From Zancudomyces culisetae HAW-14-8 (lineage: Eukaryota > Fungi > Kickxellomycota), in NCBI GenBank assembly GCA_052426225.1, contig JBNJNM010000021.1, positions 1,302,001 through 1,366,000 of the forward strand: a stretch of DNA of 64,000 nucleotides, read 5' to 3'. A model generated the notes under the pieces. That model was not told where the DNA came from. It did no database searches and saw nothing but the letters and a program-made list of their open reading frames with translations. This document shows, in pieces, positions 63,395 through 64,000 of this stretch; within the stretch, counting starts at the first letter, position 1, and each line of letters begins with the position of its first letter. A program made the translations under genes and the position numbers.

Positions 63395-64000
63395 TTATGC
63401 TTCACTTATCCAATTACAATTAAGAGTGTACAAATCTTTATTATAAATCGAAAATTCTTTCCTAGATACTATTTTTATCGATAAATCCATTACCTTAAAA
63501 TTTGGTAAAAAATTAAGCGATAAAAAGAGTGTTTAAATTTAGAAACTTAATACGTAATGATGTGTGTAATGACAGACATCACCGTATAATTATTATATAA
63601 TAATTAAAACTAACTAAATATAATAAATTTAAACCATATATAAACTGATATCCCCTGTTTCCTGATGAATCTTTACCATCGTTGAGCTAGGTATGTGTGG
63701 GACATAATTGTATCTGGATGTTCGCATAATAATAATAAGTTTTCATTTCATTCAACTAAACATATTGTTATGCTTCACTTATCCAGATACAATTATGTAG
63801 CTTCAGAGTTCAAGATAAATTGAGTTAAATTTTCACGAGTTCTACGTGATAATTGATAATAAGTATCAAATATACCTTTACTTGCCCAAAATCCTTGTGC
63901 AATAACATCGTCGTATGTCGCGCCTAACTTTGTAGCTCTAGTAGATCCTAATGCTCGAGCTTTTGGTAACTTTGCGCTTTCTGGCAACTGCAAGAGTGAC
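63395..64000 (-). mobile_element. 3' end of a tyrosine-recombinase element (DIRS/Ngaro/Crypton-like); ORF ends at 63793
   Basis: KARALGST...GFWAS..IFDTYY matches the YR C-terminal R...W...Y pattern; 18-bp direct and inverted repeats downstream. Confidence 0.7.

Overview
AT-rich fungal genomic DNA with spliceosomal introns and a fused ADE5,7; an early-diverging lineage such as the Harpellales insect-gut fungi is a guess. Bases 1-20,135 are a nested transposon pile: two defective Tc1 DNA transposons, decayed Ty3/gypsy and chromovirus fragments, many solo LTRs, and one intact, very recent Ty3/gypsy element (14805-20123). The pile ends a few bases upstream of a tRNA-Arg(ACG) gene (20136-20208). 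Main discovery: the solo LTRs at 13449-20129 form a head-to-tail stack whose 4-bp target-site duplications (AAAA, AATT, AATT, ACGA) can be peeled back in order. This indicates at least four successive insertions by different LTR families into positions -12 to -3 of that one tRNA gene. The intact element's primer-binding site is a perfect 19-nt complement of the same tRNA, so it sits beside a gene for its own primer. The rest of the window is gene-dense: quinone oxidoreductase, FAD oxidoreductase, ADE5,7, eEF2, an acidic DUF4097-like membrane protein, DUF4246, cytochrome c heme lyase, a PPR protein, RAD57/XRCC3, an ankyrin protein and a catalytically dead trypsin homolog. It also holds a 1409-aa secreted block-copolymer protein (Cys/Arg, Pro/Arg/His, TRPPF/W and Thr/Gly blocks). 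The window ends in the 3' end of a tyrosine-recombinase element.
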